Assembly: GCA_965243215.1 (NCBI GenBank)
Contig: CBDEUJ010000005.1
Coordinates: 936,546-1,000,545, forward strand
Source of the DNA: Paracoccaceae bacterium
Lineage (GTDB): Bacteria; Pseudomonadota; Alphaproteobacteria; Rhodobacterales; Rhodobacteraceae
Length of the DNA stretch: 64,000 nt
Direction of reading: 5' to 3'
Below the pieces are notes generated by a model. The model had not been told where the DNA came from. It worked only from the letters and a program-made list of their open reading frames with translations, and ran no database searches. Positions within the stretch are counted from its first letter, which is position 1. The number at the start of each line of letters is the position of its first letter. The position numbers and the translations under genes were made by a program. Shown one piece after another: positions 63,747 to 64,000 of the stretch.

Positions 63747-64000
63747 GTGACCGTATTGGCGAAGTACCAACGGCTTGAGGCGGAAGGCATCTGGCGCCGC
63801 GGTCCGGACGTGCGGCGCCGGGACGTCATCGTGTCCGTCGGCAAGACGACCATCACGATCTCGACCCCGACTGAAATCACCCTGACGCATTGGTCGCTGC
63901 CAGCGATGGAACGCATGAATCCAGGCCAGATGCCCGCGCTCTACTGTCCGGAAGGAGATGCCAGCGAAACGCTTGAACTCGCCGAGGACACCTTCGTCGA
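63747..64000 (+). CDS. conserved hypothetical protein, N-terminal part (continues beyond the window)
   Basis: Own translation: VTVLAKYQRLEAEGIWRRGPDVRRRDVIVSVGKTTITISTPTEITLTHWSLPAMERMNPGQMPALYCPEGDASETLELAEDTFV. Third-position GC is high and the frame is open to the window edge. An in-frame ATG at 63699 is an alternative start. Confidence 0.5.
   Translation, partial: MTVLAKYQRLEAEGIWRRGPDVRRRDVIVSVGKTTITISTPTEITLTHWSLPAMERMNPGQMPALYCPEGDASETLELAEDTFV

Overview
High-GC (~60-65%) chromosomal segment. Its gene order (tmk-holB-tatD-MBL, ihfB-lapA-trpF, accD-folC, ileS, ilvD, hemF, truA) looks alphaproteobacterial, Rhizobiales/Rhodobacterales-like. All homology calls come from reading the translations and recalling family motifs; no database search was run.

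Three blocks stand out.

(1) 8.2-22.2 kb is a divergently transcribed catabolic/uptake cluster. It holds a Liv-type ABC transporter, two paralogous aldo/keto reductases, three RidA modules, an SRPBCC protein, a kynureninase-like/cyclase fusion and indolepyruvate:ferredoxin oxidoreductase IorAB. A perfect 9-6-9 palindrome sits in the divergent promoter.

(2) 22.2-30.8 kb is an accessory region abutting the 3' end of a tRNA-Ser(UGA) and contains a four-layer nested insertion.
- A DUF3018/MazE-like antitoxin gene, whose MazF/PemK toxin partner is still intact, is split by a ~2.0 kb IS4/IS1634-like IS.
- That IS's transposase gene is split by a 5.0 kb element bounded by CTCGAT and encoding only a large serine recombinase.
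- That element is in turn interrupted by a 2.67 kb IS1595-family element with IRs and an 8-9 bp TSD.
- The IS1595 element carries a complete Type II R-M pair: an SPPY beta-class methyltransferase plus an MvaI/BcnI-like endonuclease.
- The methyltransferase 5' region contains (GACAGCCC)x11. This puts the conserved N-terminus out of frame, and losing one unit would restore it, so this is a candidate phase-variable, transposon-borne R-M system.

(3) The rest is mostly housekeeping. Exceptions are a stand-alone ORC/Cdc6-like AAA ATPase behind an AT-rich promoter, two IS5-like relics and one multi-frameshifted gene remnant.

Many long ORFs in the supplied track are antisense shadows or 5' over-extensions typical of high-GC DNA and were trimmed or rejected.
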